Source: an uncultured Clostridia bacterium
GTDB lineage: Bacteria > Bacillota > Clostridia > Christensenellales > CAG-917
Assembly (NCBI GenBank): GCA_934277645.1
Contig: CAKQUX010000002.1
Coordinates: 241,897 to 305,896 of the forward strand
Length of the DNA: 64,000 bases
Reading direction: 5' to 3'
Part shown: positions 1 through 8,307 of the stretch, piece after piece
How positions within the stretch are numbered: position 1 is the first letter of the stretch
Layout: every line of letters starts with the position of its first letter
The notes under the pieces: model-generated
Told to the model about the DNA's origin: nothing
The model's input: the letters and a program-made list of their open reading frames with translations, nothing else
Databases searched by the model: none
Position numbers and translations under genes: made by a program

Positions 1-2
1 GG

Positions 3-356
3 GAATATCAGGTCAAATGCTTTAAACGTTTCGGCGCAGAGCATTGCGGAGTTGATTCCTTAAAAAGATTCTTGCTCGGCTTAAAAGACGATACTTTGGC
101 GTGGGTATTCGGCAGTGGCTTGCTTAACGACAACGATTTAAAAAACGCGGCGGCAGGCAGACTTGTGACGATAAAACTTAAAGACTATCCCGAAAAACTC
201 AAACACGCAAAAGGGCATTTCAAAGAGTTGCTTTCGATGAAGTTTGCGCTTGATAGGTCTAACAAGTGTTATAGAAAAGCCAAGACGATACCGACTAAGT
301 TCAACGAGAAAAAAGTATCAAAATGGCAAGATATGCTGGACGGACTTTTTAAGTAA
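3..356 (+). CDS. hypothetical protein, 3' fragment (frame open to left edge of window)
   Basis: The frame of ORF 72..356 has no stop back to nt 3, so the TTG at 72 is probably internal. No family recognised. A terminator follows at 457-485. Confidence 0.45.
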   Translation, partial: EYQVKCFKRFGAEHCGVDSLKRFLLGLKDDTLAWVFGSGLLNDNDLKNAAAGRLVTIKLKDYPEKLKHAKGHFKELLSMKFALDRSNKCYRKAKTIPTKFNEKKVSKWQDMLDGLFK

Positions 357-456
357 AAATAGTTCAAACAAAAGTCGAAAACTTTAATAAAAAATACGGT
401 ATTTAAAGTGAAATTCGGATAAAACAAAATTGTGATAAAAACATTATTGTGATTTA

Positions 457-485
457 AAACGCTGCTTATGGCAGCGTTTTGTTTG
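457..485 (+). terminator. Rho-independent terminator
   Basis: Stem cgctgc/gcagcg (460-465 / 471-476) extended by A/T pairs, followed by ttttgtttg. Confidence 0.7.
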
Positions 486-651
486 TTAGCAATTATTATA
501 AGGCAATAAAGAAAAAACTATGGGCAGCAAGGCGATAAGCAACAAGGCGATAAGTCAATTAAGTTAAGCGTAAGTAGATAAGGCGTGAATGTAATTCAAG
601 CGGCGTAAAAATAGTTGCAATTTTAATTTAAATAATTTTGCCGCAGAATAA

Positions 652-685
652 AGTGTAATTGAGTTAAAAGTGTAATTGAGTTAAA
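652..685. repeat. perfect 17-nt tandem duplication (agtgtaattgagttaaa x2)
   Basis: 652-668 and 669-685 are identical by direct reading. Confidence 0.9.
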
Positions 686-765
686 GCATAACGCTCGGCA
701 AGGGACAGTTTAAGCATTGCCGTGAAGACGAGTAGTCGCAGATAATTGTTTAGTGAAAAGACAAA

Positions 766-1254
766 TTATAAAAACTTTTGCATATAGACTATGCCGAAAC
801 GGCGTCCGAATTTGCTTGCGACTTTTTTAAGCCTGCCAACAAGTTCATATCCGAATTTTTGGTGGAAGGAAATACTTTTTTCGTTTTCGTCCGAGATTTC
901 GGCAACTATGCAATTTGCGCCGAAATGTTTTGCATCGTCCTCTAGTCTTAAAAGACACGCCGAGCCTATTCCCATAGAAAGAAATTTAGGATTTATGAAT
1001 ATGGTGGTCGATAAAGTTTGCTCGAAACTTTTGAATGCATTGAACGGACTAAGGGAGCAAAAACCTACGATAAGTCCGTTCAGCGTAACGGCATAAGCCG
1101 AAAGATTTTCCGAACGCTTTAAAAGGGCAGAAAAAAACTCGTCGGGTAAAACCGAACTTGCAAAAAGCGAAGTGTCGGTTTTTGCCCAATAATTCAATAT
1201 GTCCATAACGGCGGCAGAATGTTTAAACCTTAGCGGCTCGAATGCTATTTCCAT
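766..1254 (-). CDS. GNAT family N-acetyltransferase
   Basis: 162 aa with a GNAT-like core (FINPKFLSMGIGSACL, HQKFGYELVG). The start ATG overlaps the upstream stop (TAATG). Confidence 0.75.
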   Translation of the reverse strand: MEIAFEPLRFKHSAAVMDILNYWAKTDTSLFASSVLPDEFFSALLKRSENLSAYAVTLNGLIVGFCSLSPFNAFKSFEQTLSTTIFINPKFLSMGIGSACLLRLEDDAKHFGANCIVAEISDENEKSISFHQKFGYELVGRLKKVASKFGRRFGIVYMQKFL

Positions 1255-1994
1255 TAGTCAACCTGAAACATTTTGTTTTTCATCATATAATGATTGAAAT
1301 CATTTCCGCTAAGACCTTGCGTTTTACGATCACGCATTGGCTTTGCGGGCGAACCTACGACAAGCGTATACGGTTCGACGGATCTTGTTACGATACTTCC
1401 CGTTCCGACTATTGCGCCTTCGCCGATTTTTACGTTTGGCAAAACAGTCGACGCGGTGTAGACCTTTGCATAGTCGGCAATTTCGACAGGTCCGTACTCT
1501 CTTGCCTCGTGGTCGCCCTCCGAGTGGGAGTGAGTAAACACTTTGACGTATTCGGTAACGATTGACCAATCGCCGAATTTAATTCCGCCTTTAGAATCGA
1601 AGTAGCAACCGTGATTCCAAGAAACGTTTTTGCCCACTTCGATATTCTGCCCAAAGTTAAAACGGCAACCCTCGTTCGCAACAAATCCGTCGCCGCATTT
1701 TTTAAACAACTTTTTGGCGATAAGCTGTCTGAAAGGAATTGCGAAAGCAACGTTTATGCCAAGCGGGGTGCGGTCGATTGCTTCCCAAAGAATATGCAGA
1801 TTGCGTTGCTCCTTTGTATACGGAATTTCGTCCGAAAGAGGCATACAGTCGTTCCAAAGCACAAAAGAGTCGATAAGCTCTTCGGTGTAACCGTCAATGC
1901 CGATAAGCTCAAAAACCTTGACTGTGTTTTTGGCGTCAAGACCTTCGTCGATAAGTTTTTTGATTGCTTCGAGTTTTTCGCTGATTACGCTCAT
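1254..1994 (-). CDS. hexapeptide-repeat sugar O-acetyltransferase (Maa/LacA-like)
   Basis: Hexapeptide beta-helix repeats (VKIGEGAIVGTGSIVTRSV). Start moved to ATG 1994, which has GGAG (2001-2004) 6 nt upstream; the longer ORF-track start lacks an SD. Confidence 0.75.
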   Translation of the reverse strand: MSVISEKLEAIKKLIDEGLDAKNTVKVFELIGIDGYTEELIDSFVLWNDCMPLSDEIPYTKEQRNLHILWEAIDRTPLGINVAFAIPFRQLIAKKLFKKCGDGFVANEGCRFNFGQNIEVGKNVSWNHGCYFDSKGGIKFGDWSIVTEYVKVFTHSHSEGDHEAREYGPVEIADYAKVYTASTVLPNVKIGEGAIVGTGSIVTRSVEPYTLVVGSPAKPMRDRKTQGLSGNDFNHYMMKNKMFQVD

Positions 1995-2281
1995 ATTTTG
2001 CTCCTTTGATTTGCCGCAAAGCGAAGTTGCGTATAAATACAAAAATTCAAAATTCATTTGTATTTAATCAAGTCTATTTATTATTTTTAAAGTTACTTTT
2101 AAAAACATTGCAACCGATAGTAAGTCTCTAAGTTATTTGGCGAGTATTAAAATCGATTGCTATTTGTTTCTTCAAAACGACGTATTGTTTATTGCTGATT
2201 GGAAATCTTCTTTTTAAATCCGCTACGTTTCAAAATTTTATCTACTTTGATGGCGGTAACGTCTTGCTTACCTATTACGAT

Positions 2282-2815
2282 TCAATTTTTTAAACTTTTG
2301 CCCCATTCGTATGCCTTTAAAACGGCGGTTGTTTTTTTAACGTCGCCTTTGTCTTTTACGGACGGCACGCACAGTTCGCCGATGCTTTCAAGATTAAAGA
2401 ACTGCAAAAGCATTTCATATTGCAATTTAACCGCGTCGAACAAATCGGGTCTCGAAGCCGCGCCGACAAGCATAAGACCTAAACGCGAAATTTTGAAATC
2501 GTTGCGAATCGGGTTGTGAAGCCTGTCGATAACCGCCTTAAGTTGTGACGAAATTCCGTAGAAGTATACGGGTGACGCAACGACGAGAGCGTCGGCATTT
2601 GACAGAGCCTCATAAACGCTAAGCATATCGTCCTTTTGATAGCATTGCTTTGAATTCAGACACGCATTGCACCCACGGCAAGGATTGATGTTTTTTTCGC
2701 ATACGTTTATGACTTCGACATCGTTTGAAATCGATGCGCCGTTTTTAAATGCCGTAACCAGTTCGTCGGTGTTTCCGCCTATTCTCGGCGAACCGTTTAA
2801 AATAACGATTTTCAT
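2282..2815 (-). CDS. flavodoxin-like NAD(P)H-dependent FMN reductase / iron-sulfur flavoprotein
   Basis: MKIVILNGSPR N-terminus and a Cys cluster CRGCNAC..C. No SD; a -10 box lies 6 nt upstream of the ATG. Confidence 0.7.
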   Translation of the reverse strand: MKIVILNGSPRIGGNTDELVTAFKNGASISNDVEVINVCEKNINPCRGCNACLNSKQCYQKDDMLSVYEALSNADALVVASPVYFYGISSQLKAVIDRLHNPIRNDFKISRLGLMLVGAASRPDLFDAVKLQYEMLLQFFNLESIGELCVPSVKDKGDVKKTTAVLKAYEWGKSLKN

Positions 2816-2821
2816 ATCGAC

Positions 2822-2850
2822 ATTATAGAACGCCCGACGTTAAAAGTCAA
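2822..2850 (-). promoter_or_regulatory. sigma-A-type promoter TTGACT-17-TATAAT; -10 ends 6 nt before ATG 2815 (leaderless)
   Basis: On the + strand, agtcaa at 2845-2850 and attata at 2822-2827. Spacer is 17 nt. The 6 nt gtcgat precede the ATG. Confidence 0.65.
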
Positions 2851-2883
2851 TTTAACTTGTTTATCATAGATTGTAAAACTACA

Positions 2884-2907
2884 AACAAAAAACCGCCGAA
2901 GCGGTTT
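2884..2907 (-). terminator. Rho-independent terminator (CCGC-UUCG-GCGG + U6)
   Basis: On the minus strand: aaaccgcttcggcggtttttt. Confidence 0.75.
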
Positions 2908-3019
2908 AATGCAGGGAGTCTACGCACTAAGACCAAACGTTCTCCCGTGTCCTTGCGCAAATAGCCAAGGCTACCCCCCCTACGGGGCAATGGTCATTTT
3001 CAGTATATGACGGGGGGGA
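2884..3019 (-). ncRNA. candidate small structured RNA (unknown family)
   Basis: No ORF. C7/G7 long-range pairing, several hairpins and its own terminator. It lies upstream of, and separate from, the complete flavoprotein promoter. The 5' end is uncertain. Confidence 0.3.
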
Positions 3020-3195
3020 TTTGTCAATATAAAATTTCAATTTTGATATAAAACGGTTAAATGTCGGAAGTTAAGAGCAAACAATAGAAATTAAAACGCA
3101 AAACAATAATATATAAATGCAAATGATAAAATTATATGGAAATAATAAAATGAAAAACAGGCAATCAGAAATAAATTTAAGTTTAATATTTAACG

Positions 3196-3226
3196 CAAAA
3201 AAAACCGACAAGACTTAGCTTATCGG
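3196..3226 (-). terminator. Rho-independent terminator of tRNA-Gln
   Basis: Minus-strand stem ccgataag/cttgtcgg followed by U8. It has a G-U wobble on the minus strand that would be a C-A mismatch on the plus strand. Confidence 0.75.
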
Positions 3227-3229
3227 TTT

Positions 3230-3303
3230 TGGCAGGAGTAGTAGGGATCGAACCTACACCGAAGGAGTCAGAGGCCTTCGTGCTACCACTACACCATACT
3301 CCA
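3230..3303 (-). tRNA. tRNA-Gln (anticodon CUG)
   Basis: 74-nt cloverleaf folded by hand: D-loop AGTGGTA, T-loop TTCGATC, anticodon loop CT-CTG-AC, G73, encoded CCA. Positions 1:72 are U.U and 31:39 are C.U. Confidence 0.75.
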
Positions 3304-3391
3304 TCGCTTCGACGGCTTTATTATAAAACAGAAACTTGCATTTGGCAATCACTTTATGAAAATTATACTTTAAATCGATAAACTCTTTTGC

Positions 3392-3420
3392 TTGACATAA
3401 AATGACTATGCAATTAAAAT
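3392..3420 (+). promoter_or_regulatory. sigma-A-type promoter TTGACA-17-TAAAAT
   Basis: TTGACA at 3392-3397 and TAAAAT at 3415-3420, upstream of the ACT/UPF0210 pair. Confidence 0.6.
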
Positions 3421-3440
3421 TTACAATAAAGGAAGTTAAT

Positions 3441-3707
3441 ATGAAAGCAATAGTTTCAGTTTTAGGAAAAGACAAAAAAGGCATAATCGCCAAAGTATCA
3501 AACGCTCTTTACGAGAGTGACTGCAACATTTTGGATATTTCGCAAACCATCATGCAATCAAACTATTTCACTATGCTTATGATGGTCGAAACGGGCAAAA
3601 AAACCATTTCGGAAGTAAACGAAGTACTAAGCAAAATCGCAGACGAAATGGCGGTTGAAATCAGAATTCAACACGAAAACATTTTCACTTCGATGAATTC
3701 GATTTAG
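3441..3707 (+). CDS. ACT domain protein (UPF0237 family)
   Basis: 88 aa from ATG 3441, preceded by [27 protein letters not shown] is the typical ACT N-terminus. It is paired with the UPF0210 gene. Confidence 0.8.
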   Translation: MKAIVSVLGKDKKGIIAKVSNALYESDCNILDISQTIMQSNYFTMLMMVETGKKTISEVNEVLSKIADEMAVEIRIQHENIFTSMNSI

Positions 3708-3714
3708 GTGGTTT

Positions 3715-5061
3715 ATGATTCAAAACGATATTATACAAACCATTGAAATGATAAAAGATCAGCACCTCGATATAAGAACGATAACCGTTCACATTTCGCT
3801 TTTCGATTGCATAAGCGACGACGTGGAAACGGTTTGCAAAAAGGTGTACGGCAAGATTTTAAGCAAAGCCGGAAAACTTATCGAAGTTGCGAACTACATT
3901 CAAAGCAAATACGGAATTCCGATTGTAAACAAGCGTGTTTCGGTGACGCCGATAAGCCTTATCGGCGCGGCAAGCGGCGGCTATCGCCAAATCGGACTTA
4001 CGTTAGATAAGGTCGCAAACGAAATAGGCATCGACTTTATCGGCGGCTATTCCGCGCTCGTCCAAAAAGGTATGACCGACAGCGAAAGGGAATTTATAAA
4101 GACAATTCCTTACGTTCTCAAAAACACGTCCAAGCTGTGTTCGTCGGTCAATATCGGTTCGACGAAAGCAGGCATAAATATGGACGCCGTAAAACTTGTG
4201 GGCGAAGTCGTAAAAGAAACGGCGGAACTTACGGCAAACGACGGTTGCATAGGATGCGCAAAATTCGTTGCGTTTGCGAATGCGGTTGACGATAATCCGT
4301 TTATGGCAGGTTCGTTCAACGGCGTCGGTGAAGGCGATATGGTCATAAACGTAGGCATATCAGGCCCGGGAGTTGTAAAGACCGCACTCACGCACGCAAA
4401 GGGTAAGCCTTGCGACGAAATGGCAAACGTCATAAAAAAGACGGCGTTCAAAATCACGAGAGTCGGCGAACTTGTTGCAAGAGAAGCGGCTGAAATGCTC
4501 GGCGGAACGTTCGGCATAGTTGACTTGTCGCTTGCGCCTACTCCTAATCGCGGTGACAGCGTTGCGGAAGTCCTTGAAGAAATGGGACTTAGCAGCGTAG
4601 GCATTCCGGGAACGACGGCTTGCCTTGCAATGCTTAACGACGCAGTTAAAAAGGGTGGCACTATGGCAAGCGCACACGTCGGCGGATTGTCGGGAGCGTT
4701 CATTCCGGTCAGCGAAGACCTTGGAATGATTGACGCCGTAAATCGCGGAGCATTGTGTATTGAAAAACTCGAAGCCATGACGGCGGTTTGCTCGGTCGGA
4801 CTTGATATGATTGCAATAGCGGGCGATACGCCTGCCGAAACGATTTCGGCAATCATTGCCGACGAAGCGGCAATCGGCGTAATCAACAACAAAACGACAG
4901 CGGTCAGAGTTATTCCCGTTATCGGCAAAAAAGAAGGAACGATTGAGTTCGGCGGACTTTTGGGACATGCTCCGATTATGCCGATTAAAAACGGCGACAG
5001 CTCGGCGTTCATAAATCGCGGCGGACGAATTCCTGCTCCTATGCACAGCTACAAAAATTAA
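3715..5061 (+). CDS. UPF0210 family protein (DUF711)
   Basis: 448 aa. The sequence and its pairing with the small ACT protein match the conserved UPF0237/UPF0210 gene pair. Confidence 0.8.
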   Translation: MIQNDIIQTIEMIKDQHLDIRTITVHISLFDCISDDVETVCKKVYGKILSKAGKLIEVANYIQSKYGIPIVNKRVSVTPISLIGAASGGYRQIGLTLDKVANEIGIDFIGGYSALVQKGMTDSEREFIKTIPYVLKNTSKLCSSVNIGSTKAGINMDAVKLVGEVVKETAELTANDGCIGCAKFVAFANAVDDNPFMAGSFNGVGEGDMVINVGISGPGVVKTALTHAKGKPCDEMANVIKKTAFKITRVGELVAREAAEMLGGTFGIVDLSLAPTPNRGDSVAEVLEEMGLSSVGIPGTTACLAMLNDAVKKGGTMASAHVGGLSGAFIPVSEDLGMIDAVNRGALCIEKLEAMTAVCSVGLDMIAIAGDTPAETISAIIADEAAIGVINNKTTAVRVIPVIGKKEGTIEFGGLLGHAPIMPIKNGDSSAFINRGGRIPAPMHSYKN

Positions 5062-5066
5062 AGAAT

Positions 5067-5103
5067 ACGCTTTTAAGTTTCGGCTTAAAAGCGTTTTTTC
5101 TTT
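5067..5103 (+). terminator. Rho-independent terminator
   Basis: 11-bp stem acgcttttaag/cttaaaagcgt followed by a T-run. Confidence 0.8.
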
Positions 5104-5267
5104 GTGCGATAGTGTTAAAAACAATGCTATAAACAAATAAGGCGATTGTTTTTAAGACGAAATACTTGCAAAGACCAAAAGACAAATCAAGCAAAAAACA
5201 GTCAAAAATAAACTGAAAAGCATAAAAATCGACCGAAAAAATATATTTTTAAAATCGAAATTTTCAT

Positions 5268-5296
5268 TTGACAGCCATAGTCCGCAGTGTTATAAT
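5268..5296 (+). promoter_or_regulatory. sigma-A-type promoter TTGACA-17-TATAAT
   Basis: TTGACA at 5268-5273 and TATAAT at 5291-5296. Confidence 0.65.
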
Positions 5297-5351
5297 CGGT
5301 AGCATACTTTAAGATAAAAGCATAATTTAGTTGATTGGAGGGTTAAGCGAT

Positions 5352-6716
5352 ATGGAATACTTCACAGTGTTATTGCCTCTCGCAATGATTTTATTTTTAT
5401 CAAAGCTTTTCAGCATCGGCTGTAAAAAGATCGGGCTTCCGCAAGTTGTCGGTATGCTTATTGTCGGAATCCTTTTAGGCTGTATAAAATATATACCGAA
5501 TCAACAAGTCTTTACGGGGACAACGCTCGAAGGTCTTTCGTTTATAGGAAAAATCGGCGTTATTCTCATTATGTTTTCCGCAGGTATCGGAACGGATATC
5601 AAACAGATTAAAGCAACGGGCAAAGCGTCCATTGTCATTACGACGCTCGGCGTTTTAGTTCCGCTTGCATTCGGCTTTTTGGTCGCGTGCGCGTTCAACG
5701 GCGGCTTTAAAGACTGGTCCAACAAAACCGTTTTGTCAAACGTCTTTTACGGCGTAATTCTTTCGGCAACGTCGGTCAGCGTTACCGTTGCCACACTCAA
5801 AGAGCTGGGTAAACTTCAAAGCAAAGTCGGAACGTCTATCGTTTCGGCGGCGATCATCGACGACGTAATCGGCGTTGTATTGCTTTCGCTCATAATCGGA
5901 TTGTCCAAAGGAAACGCCAGCGACGCAGGCAAGTCAACGGGCTTTGTCATTTTGTACACGGTGCTTTTCTTTGTTGCGGCAATCGGCATCGGCATACTCA
6001 TAAGACTTATGTTCAAATGGCTCGAAAAGAAATGGCCGCACAACAGACGAGTCGCAATCTGGGGATTTGCGCTTTGCTTCTTTTATGCCTTTGCGGCAGA
6101 GAAGTGGTTCGGAGTCGCTGACATAACGGGCGCGTATATGGCAGGACTTATGTTGTCCGGACTTAAAGAGTCGAACTATATCGACAGAAAAGCGGACGTC
6201 AACTGTTATATGATTTTTGCTCCTGTTTTCTTTGCGAACATCGGCATAAATACCGATTTCAGCGGAATGACGGGAACGGTTGCGGCTTTTGGAATATGTT
6301 ACGTTTTGGTGGCAATGCTCGGCAAGGTCATCGGTTGCGGAGCGGGCGCATTGATGTGCAGATACAGCTTTAAAGACTCGATGGCGGTCGGCGTCGGAAT
6401 GATGGTCAGAGCGGAAGTCGTTTTGGTTTGCGCACAAAAGGGCGTTGATTGCGGAATGGTCGATCCTGCTATTATGCCTTTTGTGCTTATCTTGATTATC
6501 GTTTCGAGCTTACTTGCGCCACTTATTTTGAAACTGTTTTACAAAAACGAAAAAGTCGAGCCGCAATTCCTTGACGGAGCGATGCCGAACGTTTCCGAAA
6601 ATACTGCGTTGCCAAACGACAGCGAGCGCATAAGAGTTGTCACAAGCGAAAATCAACTCGACCATGATTTTTCCGAACACGCCGAAGAACCGAAGCAAGA
6701 CGAAAAAGAAGATTAG
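5352..6716 (+). CDS. cation:proton antiporter (CPA2 / Na+-H+ exchanger family)
   Basis: Polytopic membrane protein with a Kef/NapA-like sequence. Start set at ATG 5352 after GGAGGG. It has an acidic C-terminal tail. Confidence 0.75.
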   Translation: MEYFTVLLPLAMILFLSKLFSIGCKKIGLPQVVGMLIVGILLGCIKYIPNQQVFTGTTLEGLSFIGKIGVILIMFSAGIGTDIKQIKATGKASIVITTLGVLVPLAFGFLVACAFNGGFKDWSNKTVLSNVFYGVILSATSVSVTVATLKELGKLQSKVGTSIVSAAIIDDVIGVVLLSLIIGLSKGNASDAGKSTGFVILYTVLFFVAAIGIGILIRLMFKWLEKKWPHNRRVAIWGFALCFFYAFAAEKWFGVADITGAYMAGLMLSGLKESNYIDRKADVNCYMIFAPVFFANIGINTDFSGMTGTVAAFGICYVLVAMLGKVIGCGAGALMCRYSFKDSMAVGVGMMVRAEVVLVCAQKGVDCGMVDPAIMPFVLILIIVSSLLAPLILKLFYKNEKVEPQFLDGAMPNVSENTALPNDSERIRVVTSENQLDHDFSEHAEEPKQDEKED

Positions 6717-6898
6717 TCGACAAAAAATCTAAGCGAGAAGAAGGAAGAAATTCAGAAAACAAATCAATTTAAAAATCGAACTTAAAAAAACTTTAAAGAC
6801 CGTATTGTATAAATCGATAGCGATAGCAAAATCGAAGCATACGCAAATAACATAAAGCAAAGCTAATCATAAAGTAAAACTAAGTTCAAAACAAATGT

Positions 6899-6946
6899 AA
6901 AAAAAAGTCCGACGGCGATAAATACGCCGTCGGGCTTTCCTTTTTT
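6899..6946. terminator. bidirectional Rho-independent terminator
   Basis: A-run, then an 11-bp stem gtccgacggcg/cgccgtcgggc, then a T-run, located between convergent genes. Confidence 0.8.
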
Positions 6947-6955
6947 AAGAAGAAA

Positions 6956-7498
6956 TTATTTAAAATATCTGTTGTAAAGACCTTGGAATGCTTTTCCGTG
7001 ACGAGCTTCGTCACGAGCCATTTCGTGAACGGTGTCGTGAATAGCGTCAAGATTTAATTCTTTCGCTCTCTTTGCAAGGTCGGTTTTGCCCATAGTTGCG
7101 CCGTTTTCGGCTTCTATTCTCATTTCGAGATTTTTCTTGGTGCTGTCGGTAATGACTTCGCCGAGAAGTTCTGCAAATTTTGCGGCGTGTTCCGCTTCTT
7201 CATAAGCAGCCTTTTCCCAATAAAGTCCGATTTCAGGATAGCCTTCGCGATGCGCGACTCTTGCCATAGCAAGATACATTCCGACTTCGGTACATTCACC
7301 GTTAAAGTTTGCTCTGAGGTCGTCGATGATATCTTGTCTTGCGCCTTTAGCAACGCCGACGGCGTGTTCTGCCGCCCAACTCATAGCCGAGTCTTGCTTT
7401 ACGAATTTCTCCGCAGGGGCTTTGCATTGCGGACATTGCTTTGGCGGTTCGGTTCCTTCATAAACGTAACCGCATACTGAACATACAAATTTTGCCAT
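6956..7498 (-). CDS. rbr: rubrerythrin, 'reverse' domain order (N-terminal rubredoxin-like domain)
   Basis: The N-terminus has CxxC..CxxC (CSVCGY..CPQCKA), followed by a ferritin-like diiron domain. AAGGAG SD present. Confidence 0.85.
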   Translation of the reverse strand: MAKFVCSVCGYVYEGTEPPKQCPQCKAPAEKFVKQDSAMSWAAEHAVGVAKGARQDIIDDLRANFNGECTEVGMYLAMARVAHREGYPEIGLYWEKAAYEEAEHAAKFAELLGEVITDSTKKNLEMRIEAENGATMGKTDLAKRAKELNLDAIHDTVHEMARDEARHGKAFQGLYNRYFK

Positions 7499-7599
7499 AG
7501 TTTTATTCTCCTTGAATTTTAATTTATTTAAAAACTTATTTTTTGTGTGCCGAGTTTAATTAGGGCTTTACATAGTTTGCTTTCATCGCTTTTTGATGA

Positions 7600-7983
7600 C
7601 TACCAGTCTTTGCAGTCTTTGCATAGTCCTACAAAGATTACGTCGGCTTGCTCAATCGAAACCTGATGCTTTTGTGCAGTCAAGTCGACGATTTGTTGCA
7701 CTTCATCAAAATCGAGGTCGAAACATTCGCCGCAACGCTTGCAATAAAAGTGAGAATGATTTTTGACCGTTTTGTCAAATCTGTCGGGGCGGTCGGGAAC
7801 GACAATCTTTTTGATTTTACCCGATTCCGAAAGCTGATTAAGATTTCGATAAACGGTTCCCAAACTTACCGACGGAAGCTGTTGTTTCACTCTGCCGTAA
7901 ATCGTTTCGGCGGTAGGGTGGTCGCACGAGTTTGACACCACGTCGAATATTATTTCTTTTTGTTTTGTTGAACGCATTTCCAT
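7600..7983 (-). CDS. perR: Fur family transcriptional regulator, PerR-like
   Basis: 127 aa with a winged-helix region (LGTVYRNL) and two CxxC pairs. It sits directly upstream of rubrerythrin. Confidence 0.7.
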   Translation of the reverse strand: MEMRSTKQKEIIFDVVSNSCDHPTAETIYGRVKQQLPSVSLGTVYRNLNQLSESGKIKKIVVPDRPDRFDKTVKNHSHFYCKRCGECFDLDFDEVQQIVDLTAQKHQVSIEQADVIFVGLCKDCKDW

Positions 7984-8097
7984 AATCGTTAGTTGTGAAT
8001 ATATTCCGTTAAAGCATTTGCTATGGTCGCAAACCGATGAGTCACAGACGATATAGTTGTTGATGATTTTTGCTTAACAGTAATAATTCCTATTAGC

Positions 8098-8126
8098 AAT
8101 ATATCATAATGATAAATGCTTGTCAA
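8098..8126 (-). promoter_or_regulatory. sigma-A-type promoter TTGACA-17-TATATT with an embedded Fur/PerR-box-like palindrome
   Basis: Minus strand reads ttgacaagcatttatcattatgatatatt. The 13-bp perfect palindrome TATCAT-T-ATGATA (8102-8114) lies in the spacer. Confidence 0.55.
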
Positions 8127-8307
8127 CAATAATTTTAAAAAACATTTAAAAATTTTTAAACCTATTGAAACTAAAAGTAAAAATATAAAACAGAAAGTGA
8201 AATGATAAAATTCGGAAATGAAAACATGAAAATTGAAAGCAAGTAAAGTTTTGTGTAGCAATAGGGCGGTGCTAATTAAATAGGACGATATTAGTAAAAT
8301 GTCAAAG

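Noticed and set aside
2889-2907. The same 19-nt hairpin, AAACCGCTTCGGCGGTTTT, occurs here (minus strand) and at 48684-48702 (plus strand).
   Set aside because: A short GC stem with a UUCG tetraloop is a common terminator solution. Two copies are not evidence of a repeat family.
2884-3031. Reading the structured element as a riboswitch leader of the flavoprotein gene.
   Set aside because: A complete TTGACT-17-TATAAT promoter lies between its terminator and the ATG, which itself looks leaderless. No known aptamer consensus matched either. It is kept as an sRNA candidate instead.
4110-5136. Long antisense ORFs (300 aa and 258 aa) opposite the UPF0210 gene.
   Set aside because: They have no SD or promoter and low-complexity Ala/Ser/Pro/Arg-rich translations. 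They lie opposite a well-recognised gene, which is typical of shadow ORFs.
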